Positions 1 through 9,133 of a stretch of DNA of 64,000 nucleotides are shown one piece after another. The notes beneath the pieces were generated by a model. The model saw only the letters and a program-made list of their open reading frames with translations. It was not told the DNA's origin and searched no databases. Positions within the stretch are counted from its first letter, which is position 1; every line of letters begins with the position of its first letter. The position numbers and the translations under genes are program-made. Source of the DNA: an uncultured Planctomycetaceae bacterium (GTDB lineage Bacteria; Planctomycetota; Planctomycetia; Planctomycetales; Planctomycetaceae); the NCBI GenBank assembly GCA_963813715.1, contig CAWFAK010000016.1, positions 160,001 to 224,000 of the forward strand. The letters are read 5' to 3'.

Positions 1-139
1 CACGCCCGAACAGTCGGGGCAAATCGAACACACGCTTCGCTGGCTGTTGCGACGGTTCGCCGACCCGGAATGGATCGACGAGCGAATCACCGGCCGGATT
101 GTCGCGCACGGCGCCGGCCCTGCCGAGCGGGGGGTGTAA
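1..139 (+). CDS. 3' end of an unidentified CDS running in from the left edge
   Basis: Open frame from position 2 (TPEQSGQIEHTLRWLLRRFADPEWIDERITGRIVAHGAGPAERGV) ending TAA 137-139. Confidence 0.55.
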   Translation, partial: TPEQSGQIEHTLRWLLRRFADPEWIDERITGRIVAHGAGPAERGV

Positions 140-149
140 ACCCCCCGAG
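125..149 (+). repeat. Short palindromic REP-like unit (GAGCGG-GGGTG-CCCCCCG family), copy 1
   Basis: gagcggggggtgtaaaccccccgag; related copies at 27214 and 36123. Confidence 0.6.
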
Positions 150-189
150 CGATCCCCGAGCAATCCCCGAGCGACCGACAGCGGCGCCG

Positions 190-198
190 TGTTACAAT
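190..198 (+). promoter_or_regulatory. Extended -10 promoter element for the GAF-PP2C gene
   Basis: TGtTACAAT about 45 nt upstream of ATG 244. Confidence 0.45.
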
Positions 199-243
199 CG
201 CCGGCGCCCATCGTCCGCCTCTTTCTGCTCGAGAACAAATTTC

Positions 244-1569
244 ATGACCGGCGAGCGATCCGATTTGTCCCCGCCGCTTTCCGAGCTGTCGCCGCCGCTG
301 GCCGCACCGGAACAGCAAGAAGCTCTGATGCGGCTGCTCGACGTGACGTGCGAGTTGGCCCGCCATCACACGCTCGATCAGATCCTGCAAACAGTGACCA
401 CCGGAGCCTGCCAGGCGCTCGGTTGCGAGCGGGCCAGCCTGTACCTTTACGATGCCGAAACCAACGAGGTCTTCACCCGCGCGGTCACCGAGTTGGAGTT
501 GCAGGAAATCCGCTCGTCGGCCGATCGCGGCATCACCGGCTGGGTGGTCCGCAACCGCGAGCTGGCCAACATCCCCGACCCGGCCGCCGACCCCCGTTGG
601 AACGCGAGCTTCGATCGGCAAACCGGTTTCCAGACGCGGAGCATCCTGGCCGCACCGATCATCGCGTCGACCGACAATCGCCTGGTCGGCGTGCTGCAAC
701 TCTTGAACAAGCACGGCGGGACATTCGGCCCCTTCGACGAGCAAGTGATTCGCGCCTTCGCAGCCCACGCGGCCACGGCACTGGAGCGGGCCGACCTCGT
801 CGCCGATGCCCGGCTCTCGCACGAGCTGCAACTGGCCGTGAACATGGGCCGCCGCATTCAGCAAAGCTTCTTGCCGCGACATCTCCCGGAAATTCCCGGT
901 TACGAAGTGGGCGCGTGGTGGCGGCCGGCCGAGCTGGTGAGCGGCGACTATTACGACATCGTCCCGCTGAAAGACGGCCGGCTGGGCCTGTTGGTGGCGG
1001 ACGTCAGCGGCCACGGCATGGGCCCGAGCCTGCTGATGGCCTCGGTGCGGGCGATGGTGCACGTCCTCACGCGGCGGCGGACCGACCCCGGCGAGATCGT
1101 GCCCCTGTTGGCCGAAACGATCTCACCCGATCTCGACGGCGGCTCGTTTCTCACGCTCTTGATGGCGGCTCTCGATCCGCGGACGCACGAGGCGACCTAT
1201 GTCAACGCGGGACACGGCCCCGCGCTGCTCTTTCATCGCCAGACGCAGACGTTTCAAACGCTGCAGAGCACAAGCCTGCCGCTCGGCTTTTTCACCGACT
1301 TTGCCCCGATCTCCTGCTTGAGACTGTCGATGGGCCCCGGCGACTTGCTGATTTTGGCGACCGATGGCGTCATCGAGCTCATCAATGACGCACGGGAAAT
1401 GTTCGGACGTCCGCGCCTCGAGCAACTCATCCGCCAGAATTGCACACTGGCCGCGCCGGACCTGGTGATGGCCATTCAAAACGCGATCGCCGAATTCTTG
1501 GGCGACAGCCAGCCGCTCGACGACGTCACGCTAATGGTGGTCGAGCGGAAGCTGGGCGATGGAGCGTAG
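244..1569 (+). CDS. GAF domain + SpoIIE/PP2C (RsbU-like) protein phosphatase
   Basis: GAF motifs (GITGWV, FDRQTGFQTRSIL, LQLLNK) followed by PP2C motifs VSGDYYD, DVSGHG, NAGH, TDG, DDVT. Confidence 0.92.
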   Translation: MTGERSDLSPPLSELSPPLAAPEQQEALMRLLDVTCELARHHTLDQILQTVTTGACQALGCERASLYLYDAETNEVFTRAVTELELQEIRSSADRGITGWVVRNRELANIPDPAADPRWNASFDRQTGFQTRSILAAPIIASTDNRLVGVLQLLNKHGGTFGPFDEQVIRAFAAHAATALERADLVADARLSHELQLAVNMGRRIQQSFLPRHLPEIPGYEVGAWWRPAELVSGDYYDIVPLKDGRLGLLVADVSGHGMGPSLLMASVRAMVHVLTRRRTDPGEIVPLLAETISPDLDGGSFLTLLMAALDPRTHEATYVNAGHGPALLFHRQTQTFQTLQSTSLPLGFFTDFAPISCLRLSMGPGDLLILATDGVIELINDAREMFGRPRLEQLIRQNCTLAAPDLVMAIQNAIAEFLGDSQPLDDVTLMVVERKLGDGA

Positions 1570-1647
1570 TCCAAGGTCCAATGTCGCGGATGCCAGTAGC
1601 CGCGATGAATTCTCTTGTCTTCAACCTTGGACTTTGGACCTTGGACC
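1569..1647. repeat. Heptamer (GTCCAAR / YTTGGAC) inverted-repeat element between convergent genes
   Basis: gtccaag gtccaat gtc ... accttgg actttgg accttgg ac; same family at 51949 and 57621. Confidence 0.75.
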
Positions 1648-1652
1648 CGGCC

Positions 1653-2144
1653 CTATTCGAGCTTTTCGCGCAAGATGCGTTCGGCGTCGCTGCGGCGGCG
1701 TGTCAGAAGTTCTTCTCGCAGCTCGGGCCGTGAGAGCGACAGGATGCTGACGGCCAGCAGGGCTGCGTTGACCGCGCCCGCCTTGCCGATGGCGAGTGTG
1801 CCGACGGGGATGCCCTGCGGCATTTGCACGGTCGAGAGCAGAGAGTCCAGGCCGTCGAGGGCCCAGCCCTTCATCGGCACGCCCAGGACGGGCCGCACGG
1901 TGTGGGCCGCCACCACGCCCGCCAGATGAGCCGCGCCGCCGGCTGCCGCGATGAAGACCTCGGTCCCGCCGCTTTCGCACTTGTGGACATATTCCACGGT
2001 TTCGGCAGGCGTGCGATGGGCAGAGAGGACGCGGCATTCGTGCCGCACGCCGCATTCGTCGAGCGTTTGATGGGCGGACTTCATTGTCTCCCAATCGGAC
2101 TTGCTGCCCATCAGGATGGCAACGAGAGGGGCGTCGGCAGGCAT
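1653..2144 (-). CDS. purE: N5-carboxyaminoimidazole ribonucleotide mutase
   Basis: [35 protein letters not shown] motifs. Confidence 0.97.
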   Translation of the reverse strand: MPADAPLVAILMGSKSDWETMKSAHQTLDECGVRHECRVLSAHRTPAETVEYVHKCESGGTEVFIAAAGGAAHLAGVVAAHTVRPVLGVPMKGWALDGLDSLLSTVQMPQGIPVGTLAIGKAGAVNAALLAVSILSLSRPELREELLTRRRSDAERILREKLE

Positions 2145-2262
2145 GCGATCGATCTCCGTGTTGGCGTGTGAAACCCGTTCTACGAATTCTCGATCCCCTG
2201 GGCAAGCGCCGCAGGCGCTCGTTGCGGGCGTGCGTCGATCGGCCTAGAATTCGAGCGTCAGC

Positions 2263-2757
2263 GTGGAAAGAGAGTCTGCGGTGTTCGTCAAATCGCCTTC
2301 GTTCGCCTCCCCCGACCGTCCGACGGTCGTTGTCTTCGAAAAGCAGCCTCGGTGGGCCCCCGAGCTCGAGCGGCAGTTCCTTGCCGAGGAGGTGCGCGTT
2401 ATCGCCTGCCGCTCGGTGAAAGACGCGGCCGAACGCACGGCAGGCGTTGCCCGCGGCGCGGTGCTCTTGGACGCGGCGGTGGCCTCTTCCGACTGCCTGC
2501 AGTATCTGCGGCACGCGCTCAGCGATCCGCGGACGCTGCCGGTCCTCATCGTCGGCGCACCGGCCATTGCCCCCTTGGAATGGTCATTTCGCGAGTTGGG
2601 GGCGCGGGCCTTTTTCGTCAAAAAGATACCGGGGCACGAAATGGCGTCCCTTTGCCGCCGGCAGTGGGGCGGCCGTATCCCGGCGACATCCGAGAGAAAA
2701 CCGTCGGGCAAAGAACCAGTTTCGAGCAAACACCATCAGGGGCCGAGCGAGCGATGA
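2263..2757 (+). CDS. Hypothetical protein, receiver (REC)-like alpha/beta pattern
   Basis: VVVFE...AVLLD...PVLIVG...LGARAFFVK pattern; ATGA overlap with mrp. Confidence 0.65.
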   Translation: MERESAVFVKSPSFASPDRPTVVVFEKQPRWAPELERQFLAEEVRVIACRSVKDAAERTAGVARGAVLLDAAVASSDCLQYLRHALSDPRTLPVLIVGAPAIAPLEWSFRELGARAFFVKKIPGHEMASLCRRQWGGRIPATSERKPSGKEPVSSKHHQGPSER

Positions 2758-3839
2758 CCAACGCACAGCGGGAACAGGGCATTTCGCAGGCCCTGCGAGA
2801 CCTTCCGGACCCCGAGATCGGCCGGACGTTGGGACAGCTCGAGATGCTGAAGCAGGTTCGCGTCGGCGACGACGGCACCGTGCACGTCCAGATTGAGCTA
2901 CCGACGCCTGCCTATCCGGACCGCGAGCGGATCACCGCGGCCGTGCAGCAGAAACTGCAGCAAGCCCACCTGCTCAACGGCAGCCGCCTGGACGTCGCTT
3001 TTTCCGCCACGGTGCGGGGGAAAAATGCGGGGGGTACCCTCGGCTTGCGGATTGCCAACATCATCGCCGTCGGCAGCGGCAAAGGTGGCGTCGGCAAGAG
3101 CACGATTGCCGCGTGTCTCGCGTACGGGCTGCACCATTTCGGCGCGCGGACCGGGCTGATGGACGCCGACGTCTACGGCCCGAGCATCCCGCATTTGCTG
3201 GGCGTCGCCAACGCGAAGCCAGCGGCCCTCGAACAGCGGACGGCAACGGGCGAGCCCTACACGCGGATCGAGCCGGTGGACGCGGGCGGAATCAAGACGA
3301 TCTCGATGGGATTTTTCATCAATCCCGATCAGGCCGTCGTTTGGCGCGGGCCGCTGTTGCATCGAGCCATCACGCAGTTCCTCAAGGACACCGATTGGGG
3401 CGAGCTGGATTACCTGGTGATCGACCTGCCGCCGGGAACGGGCGACGTCGCTCTCACGCTCTCGCAATCGGTGGGCTTGGCGGGAGCGGTCGTCGTCTGC
3501 ACGCCGCAACAGGTGGCCCTGTTGGACGCCGTCAAAGCCATCAGCATGTATCGACAGGTAAAGATTCCGATCCTTGGCATGGTGGAGAACATGAGCGGCG
3601 AGATTTTTGGCCGCGGCGGAGCGCGTCGCAAAGCGCAGGAGCTGGGCGTGCCGTTTCTCGGGGAAATACCCATCGAAGCCGACATCCGCATTAAGGGCGA
3701 CGAGGGGAAAACGGCCGCCCTCTTCGACGAAGGTAGCCCCGCCCGCCCGCACCTGTTGGCCATGTGTCAGCAAACGTCGCTGGAGATCGCCCGCCAACTC
3801 CTCGAAACGCCGAGCATGCCGACGCTCGAGATCCTGTGA
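2754..3839 (+). CDS. mrp: Mrp/NBP35 (ApbC) family P-loop ATPase with N-terminal FeS-assembly (DUF59-like) domain
   Basis: DPEIGR N-domain, GSGKGGVGKST, DADVYGPSIP, WRGP, DLPPGTGD, ENMS; ATG at 2754. Confidence 0.93.
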   Translation: MTNAQREQGISQALRDLPDPEIGRTLGQLEMLKQVRVGDDGTVHVQIELPTPAYPDRERITAAVQQKLQQAHLLNGSRLDVAFSATVRGKNAGGTLGLRIANIIAVGSGKGGVGKSTIAACLAYGLHHFGARTGLMDADVYGPSIPHLLGVANAKPAALEQRTATGEPYTRIEPVDAGGIKTISMGFFINPDQAVVWRGPLLHRAITQFLKDTDWGELDYLVIDLPPGTGDVALTLSQSVGLAGAVVVCTPQQVALLDAVKAISMYRQVKIPILGMVENMSGEIFGRGGARRKAQELGVPFLGEIPIEADIRIKGDEGKTAALFDEGSPARPHLLAMCQQTSLEIARQLLETPSMPTLEIL

Positions 3840-3854
3840 CGCCGTAAGCTCGCC

Positions 3855-3882
3855 TTGGAACCCCTCTCGGGGCGGCTAAAAT
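3855..3882 (+). promoter_or_regulatory. Sigma70-like promoter for sufE-sufS
   Basis: TTGGAA-16 nt-TAAAAT. Confidence 0.45.
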
Positions 3883-3939
3883 AGAGATAGGTCAGCCGCC
3901 GAGTGTCGAACCTGTTACTGGGGGCGGTGTCTTAAGACT

Positions 3940-4434
3940 ATGGCAGGAAATTCGTTAGTTGGTTCCGGGAATTTGCCGTTGAGCTCATCGCGCCCTACGA
4001 CCATTCCCGAACTGATTGAAACTTTCGACGCGCTGGGCGACTGGGAAGCGCAGTGCGACTATTTGATCGATCTGGGATACGACGTCCCGGACTTCCCTGA
4101 GTCGGCGCGGACAGAGGCCAACAAGGTTCATGGGTGCCAGAGCAACGTCTGGCTAATCGCCGCAACCAAGCCGGGGAACCCTCCGAAGATTGAGATTCAG
4201 GCAGAGAGCGACTCGATGATCGTTCAGGGTCTGATCGCCGTCCTGTTGATCGCCTATTCGGGGAAGTCGGCCCAAGAAATCCTGCAGACCGATATTCAGC
4301 AGATCTTCTCGCGACTCGGTTTGAATCGGCAGCTCAGTTCGGCCCGCCGCAACGGGCTGGCCGGCATGGTGCAACGCATCCGCTCGATTGCCGAGCAGTC
4401 AGCCGCCACCGGGTCGGCCGCGGAACCGTCGTGA
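3940..4434 (+). CDS. sufE: SufE family sulfur acceptor
   Basis: NKVHGCQSNVW, SDSMIVQGL, LSSARRNGL. Confidence 0.93.
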   Translation: MAGNSLVGSGNLPLSSSRPTTIPELIETFDALGDWEAQCDYLIDLGYDVPDFPESARTEANKVHGCQSNVWLIAATKPGNPPKIEIQAESDSMIVQGLIAVLLIAYSGKSAQEILQTDIQQIFSRLGLNRQLSSARRNGLAGMVQRIRSIAEQSAATGSAAEPS

Positions 4435-5708
4435 TGGTTGCCACTTCCGAGACTGCACCGCCCGCCAATCCCCACGACGCGCTCGATGCGGCGGCTGTCC
4501 GCGCACAGTTTCCGATCTTCGATCGCCCGCTGCCGAACGGTCAGCCACTCGTTTACCTCGACAGTGCGGCCAGCGCCCAAAAGCCGCACTCGGTGATCGA
4601 CAAAGAGCGGGAGTGCTACGAGCGGTATTACGCCAACGCCTACCGCGGCGACTACCAGTTCGGCATCCACATCGACGAAGAGCTGGAAGCCACGCGGGCC
4701 AAGGTCCGCGACTTCATCGGAGCGACGCAGAGCGAAGAGATCATCTTCACGTCCGGCACCACGATGTCGATCAACCTGGTGGCCAACGCCTGGGGCCGCA
4801 AGTTTTTGCGGGCCGGCGACGAAATTCTGCTCACGCAGATGGAGCACCATGCCAACCTGGTGCCGTGGCAGCAGGTGGCGCACGCGACGGGAGCGTCGGT
4901 CCGCTACATTCCGCTGACGAGCGATTGGCGACTCGATCTCAACCGGCTCGACGAAGTGCTGACCGACCGCACGCGGATCGTGGCCGTCAGCGGCATGTCG
5001 AATGTGCTGGGCACGGTGCCGCCGATTCGCGAGATCGCGGCCGCGGCCCGCAAGCGCGGAGCTCTGGTGCTCGTCGACGGGGCTCAGAGCGTGCCGCATC
5101 TGGCGACCAATGTCCGCGACCTCGACATCGATTTTCTGACCTTCTCGGCCCATAAGCTGTACGGTCCCAGCGGCGTGGGCGTGCTGTGGGGGCGACGCCG
5201 GCTGCTCGAGGCGATGGATCCGTTCCTGTGCGGCGGTCATATGATCTCCGAGGTCTTTTGGGACCACTCGACGTGGGCGGCCATTCCGGCGAAGTTCGAG
5301 GCGGGCACATTGCCGATCGCACAGGCGATCGCGCTGGGGACTGCCGTCGACTTCGTCACGGGTCTGGGTGTGTCTGCGATTCAGGCGCACGATGCCGACC
5401 TGACGGCTTACGCTCACAAACAGTTGGCGAGCGTTGCCGGTCTGCGGACCTTCGGGCCCGAGCCGGCGCACAAAGGGCCGATCGTCAGCTTCGCCATCGA
5501 GGGGATCCACCCACAGGACCTGGCGAACTTGATCGACCGCAAGGGAGTGGCTGTGCGGCATGGGCACCACTGCACGATGCCGCTGCACTCGCTCCTGGGC
5601 GTCTCCGCGACGACCCGCGCCAGCTTTGGCGTTTACACGACGCGCGGCGATATTGACGTGCTGATCGAGGCGATCGAGTTCGCCCGGCAAAAACTCCGTC
5701 GTGCCTGA
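4431..5708 (+). CDS. sufS: SufS-type cysteine desulfurase
   Basis: YLDSAASAQKP, MEHHAN, DGAQS, SAHKLYGP, RHGHHC; GTGA overlap with sufE. Confidence 0.95.
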   Translation: MMVATSETAPPANPHDALDAAAVRAQFPIFDRPLPNGQPLVYLDSAASAQKPHSVIDKERECYERYYANAYRGDYQFGIHIDEELEATRAKVRDFIGATQSEEIIFTSGTTMSINLVANAWGRKFLRAGDEILLTQMEHHANLVPWQQVAHATGASVRYIPLTSDWRLDLNRLDEVLTDRTRIVAVSGMSNVLGTVPPIREIAAAARKRGALVLVDGAQSVPHLATNVRDLDIDFLTFSAHKLYGPSGVGVLWGRRRLLEAMDPFLCGGHMISEVFWDHSTWAAIPAKFEAGTLPIAQAIALGTAVDFVTGLGVSAIQAHDADLTAYAHKQLASVAGLRTFGPEPAHKGPIVSFAIEGIHPQDLANLIDRKGVAVRHGHHCTMPLHSLLGVSATTRASFGVYTTRGDIDVLIEAIEFARQKLRRA

Positions 5709-5719
5709 GGAATAGCGAC

Positions 5720-7051
5720 ATGCCCAACACCACCGGTCCGAGCGCTCCGAGCACCGACGTTAAGCTCAGCCGCCGTTGGCAGTGGGCGACCCGCGGCCGG
5801 GCGATCAGCTATTTGATGGAGCAGGCGGTCGAGAACCCGAACGCCATTTCGCTCGCCGCCGGCCTGGTCGATCCGTCGACGCTGCCCGTCGAAGAGACTC
5901 GGCGCGTGCTGGCGGACCTCCTGGGCGATTCCGAGCGCGGCTGCCGGGCCTTGCAGTACGGCACCACGTCGGGGTCGGAACGTCTGCGGCGGCAAGTGGC
6001 CCAACTGATCCAGCGGCTCGAAGAGCGGAGCACGGGCGGGGCCAACGGCTCGAGTCACGCGGCCCCCGTCGAGATCGATCCGTCGCGGCTGATCCTGACC
6101 ACCGGCTCGCAGCAGTTGTTGTCGCTGGTGGGCGAGGTGCTGCTTGATCCGGACGATATCTGCCTCGTGGCCGCCCCGACGTACTTTGTCTTTCTGGGTG
6201 TGATTCACGGGTTGGGCGCGCGGGCCGTGCCAATTCCCGCCGACGAAAACGGCATGCAGCTCGACCAACTCGAAGAGGAACTGGAGCGGATTGAGGCGGC
6301 AGGCGAGCTCGGCAAGGTCAAACTGATTTACGCGGTCAGCTATTACGAGAACCCCAGCGGCATCAGCCTGTCGGTCGAGCGGCGTCGCGATTTGGTGAGC
6401 CTGGCCGAACGCTGGTCGCGCGATCACAAGATCTTCGTGTTGGAAGATGCCGCCTACCGCGAGCTGCGTTACGACGGGCCCGATCGGCCGAGCGTTTGGA
6501 GCTTCGATCCGTCGCACGAGACGGTGATCCTCGCGCAAACGTTCTCCAAGAGCTTTTCGCCGGGGCTCCGTTGCGGTTACGGCCTGTTGCCCAAGCCGCT
6601 GGTGCGGCCGATCGCCGATCGCAAAGGGAACGAAGACTTTGGCTCGTCCAATTTCGTGCAACATCTGATCGCGACAGTGCTCGAAAGCGGCCTGTACGAG
6701 CCGCACGTCGAGCAGGTGCGGGCATCCTACCGGGTGAAGCGGGACCGCATGCTGGCCGCGGCGGAGAAGTATTTTTCCGATCTGCCGGGCGTCTCGTGGG
6801 TGCGGCCCGAAGGCGGGCTCTACGTCTGGATGACGCTGCCGGAGCAAATTCAAACGGGGCTCGACAGCCAGTTCTTCGACCGGGCCGTCAAAGTCGACGG
6901 CGTGATGTACGTCCCCGGCGAGCTCTGTTACGGAGGCACGCCGACGCAACGCCGCCGCAACCAGATGCGCCTCAGCTTCGGCGTCGAATCACCCGACCAG
7001 ATCGAAGAAGGCATGCGGCGGTTGTCGAACGCCGTGCGAGCCGTTCTCTAA
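5720..7051 (+). CDS. PLP-dependent class I/II aminotransferase (LysN/MocR-type catalytic domain)
   Basis: LQYG, TTGSQQ, NPSG, EDAAY, TFSKSFSPGLRCGY, RLSF. Confidence 0.92.
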   Translation: MPNTTGPSAPSTDVKLSRRWQWATRGRAISYLMEQAVENPNAISLAAGLVDPSTLPVEETRRVLADLLGDSERGCRALQYGTTSGSERLRRQVAQLIQRLEERSTGGANGSSHAAPVEIDPSRLILTTGSQQLLSLVGEVLLDPDDICLVAAPTYFVFLGVIHGLGARAVPIPADENGMQLDQLEEELERIEAAGELGKVKLIYAVSYYENPSGISLSVERRRDLVSLAERWSRDHKIFVLEDAAYRELRYDGPDRPSVWSFDPSHETVILAQTFSKSFSPGLRCGYGLLPKPLVRPIADRKGNEDFGSSNFVQHLIATVLESGLYEPHVEQVRASYRVKRDRMLAAAEKYFSDLPGVSWVRPEGGLYVWMTLPEQIQTGLDSQFFDRAVKVDGVMYVPGELCYGGTPTQRRRNQMRLSFGVESPDQIEEGMRRLSNAVRAVL

Positions 7052-7063
7052 CGGGAGGCGGCT

Positions 7064-7186
7064 GGCTGCCGGGGGCGCTCCGCCTTGCGGAAGCCCCCGT
7101 CCGGACGAGCGATCTCCATTGGGGCCATTCGCAGCGGGTTAGTCGACCGTCCGGGGCTTCCGCTGCGCAGAGCGCCCCGGACACCC
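7064..7186. repeat. REPIN/MITE-like inverted-repeat element, copy A
   Basis: gggggcgctccgccttgcggaagcccccg ... ccggggcttccgc...gagcgccccggacaccc; homologous to the reverse complement of 52267-52386. Confidence 0.75.
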
Positions 7187-7219
7187 GTGTTGCTCGCGGT
7201 CGTTGCTGAGCCGCGCGAT

Positions 7220-9133
7220 CTATCGCAGCAATGGATCGATGCCGATGCTGCAATGGGGACACCGGACATAGCCCGTTCCGAGGCAGGTCGGGCAGCGGTG
7301 CCGGAGCGAGGGCTTGGGCGCGTTGGGATCGTGCGGCACATGCTCGTCGTGCAGAGGGGCGAACTTGCAACCGGGCGCACGACAGAGGACACGCGCGCGA
7401 CCATTACACACGGTGCAACAGTGATCATCATAGAGGCCTTCCGCCAGTCGCAAGCTCTGCTTGAGGTCCAATTCGTCCGGCTTCGACATCATCATCACGA
7501 CTTTGCGATAGCCGGCGACAACGGAAACGAGCGAGGGGCCGACCTTCCCGCGAACCTCCGACCAACTGAGGGCCGGGCCGCCGAGCGACGCGTGGGCAAA
7601 GGCGGGTAAGGAACTGCGAACAAAGGCTCGCGCCAAGGATGCCGGAACGCCGCCGGCATATTTTGCGTGGGAGGCGTCGTGGCCGCGGGCATCCGCCTCG
7701 GACCCGACGGACGTCGATTGAATCGCGATAATGTTGGCGTGGTCGTCGCAGAGCGCGCCGCCGTTGGCGTGATGTCCGGCGACGGCGTCGGACCAGAGCA
7801 GGCGGGAGAAGTCGATTCCTCGCGGGACGGCGACGCGGGCCACGTCTCCAGGCACCGCCGTCACGAGGCCTTGAGTCACTTTCCAGCCCGCCCCCGAGGC
7901 GCTGGCTTCCGAAAGATCCAAGAGGAGCGTTTCGGTCCCTCGCGGCGATAGACTCTCAGCCAACGCCAGCGGCGGCACGTTCAGCACGTCACATTTCAAA
8001 AGACACAAATCGTCGGCCTCGTCGACGGCAACGCAGACGGCCGAGAGACGGCGTTCCTGGCGCAGATCTTTCGGGTCGACGATCTCGATTCTGTCGGCGC
8101 GTCCGAGCAAAAAATCGTCGACCACATGGCGGCAGGTCAGGACGTAGTGGGGGGCGACGACGAGCCCCGTTCCCTGCACGATGGCGGTCGGCTCGACCTC
8201 GGGCAATTCCAGACGCGCCAGCTCCTCGCGCTCTGCCTGCGGCAGGACGAATGGTAGATAACGCCAACCGTGTTTTGGCCGGTCGGCGGACGCGACGCCG
8301 GCTTTGGTCGCGGCGACCCGAGAATAGAGCTCGGTTGCTTCGGCAACGACGGGCGGGCCCGGGTGAATCCGGCCAATCTGCGTTTCGCTGAGGAAGCGTG
8401 CGACGTTCTGCACCACCTCTTCGGGCACGGGAGTGTGCTCGGCGGCTTCCCGGAGATGGCCGACCGCCTCGGCGTACTTCTCCTCGCGAATCTCGGCGAG
8501 CGCGAGATTATTCAAGGCCGGCAGGTAGCCCGGACTGCGCTCCAGCACGGCTTCAAAATGCCTCTTGGCCGTCAGCGGACTGCGGAATTTCGCGGGCGAG
8601 ATGGAAGTCAGAATGCCAACGGAGAAGTCGGCGGCGATCGAGTTCGGATCGACACGGCTCGCCGCTTCCAGCGTTCTCCGCGCCTCGTCGAAGTTCAGAG
8701 CCTTGGTCAGGTCGTAGGCTTGCTGAACGAGTTGAGCGGCCTCCTGGCGGGCTTTTGCAGCGACGGCCGCCGCGACCCATTGATCGCCCAATCGCACGAG
8801 ACCCTGGTCGGCTCGAACTTCCCAGACCTGCAGGTTGGCGTTGAACAGATCAGCCGCCGGCGCGATTGCACGCGTCGCTCGGAACTGCTGATAGAGGGCC
8901 AGCGCGTCCTTGGCCGTCGAAGAACGCACCGCCGTCGATTCGAGCGCGGTCAGATCGGCTTGGGTTGCCGGTGCATGAGGGACAACGTCGGGCGCGATCT
9001 TGACGATCGGAGCTTTGGGCTTTGAAGCAAGGTCTGCCGGCTTAACGTTTTTCTGCGGAGAGGATTTGCTCGCAGCCTCCGCGTGCGGTGGGGCGAGCGA
9101 GGGCTGCTCGGGCGACGGATGCGCGGCAATCAA
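7220..9133 (-). CDS. TPR + trypsin-like domain + Cys-rich Zn-finger protein (probably the C-terminal part of a gene starting at 9627)
   Basis: TPR-like helices (ALNNLALAE), GTGLVV/LTCRHVV/DLCLLK trypsin motifs, CTVCNG...CPTCLGTG...CPHC. Confidence 0.75.
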   Translation of the reverse strand: MIAAHPSPEQPSLAPPHAEAASKSSPQKNVKPADLASKPKAPIVKIAPDVVPHAPATQADLTALESTAVRSSTAKDALALYQQFRATRAIAPAADLFNANLQVWEVRADQGLVRLGDQWVAAAVAAKARQEAAQLVQQAYDLTKALNFDEARRTLEAASRVDPNSIAADFSVGILTSISPAKFRSPLTAKRHFEAVLERSPGYLPALNNLALAEIREEKYAEAVGHLREAAEHTPVPEEVVQNVARFLSETQIGRIHPGPPVVAEATELYSRVAATKAGVASADRPKHGWRYLPFVLPQAEREELARLELPEVEPTAIVQGTGLVVAPHYVLTCRHVVDDFLLGRADRIEIVDPKDLRQERRLSAVCVAVDEADDLCLLKCDVLNVPPLALAESLSPRGTETLLLDLSEASASGAGWKVTQGLVTAVPGDVARVAVPRGIDFSRLLWSDAVAGHHANGGALCDDHANIIAIQSTSVGSEADARGHDASHAKYAGGVPASLARAFVRSSLPAFAHASLGGPALSWSEVRGKVGPSLVSVVAGYRKVVMMMSKPDELDLKQSLRLAEGLYDDHCCTVCNGRARVLCRAPGCKFAPLHDEHVPHDPNAPKPSLRHRCPTCLGTGYVRCPHCSIGIDPLLR

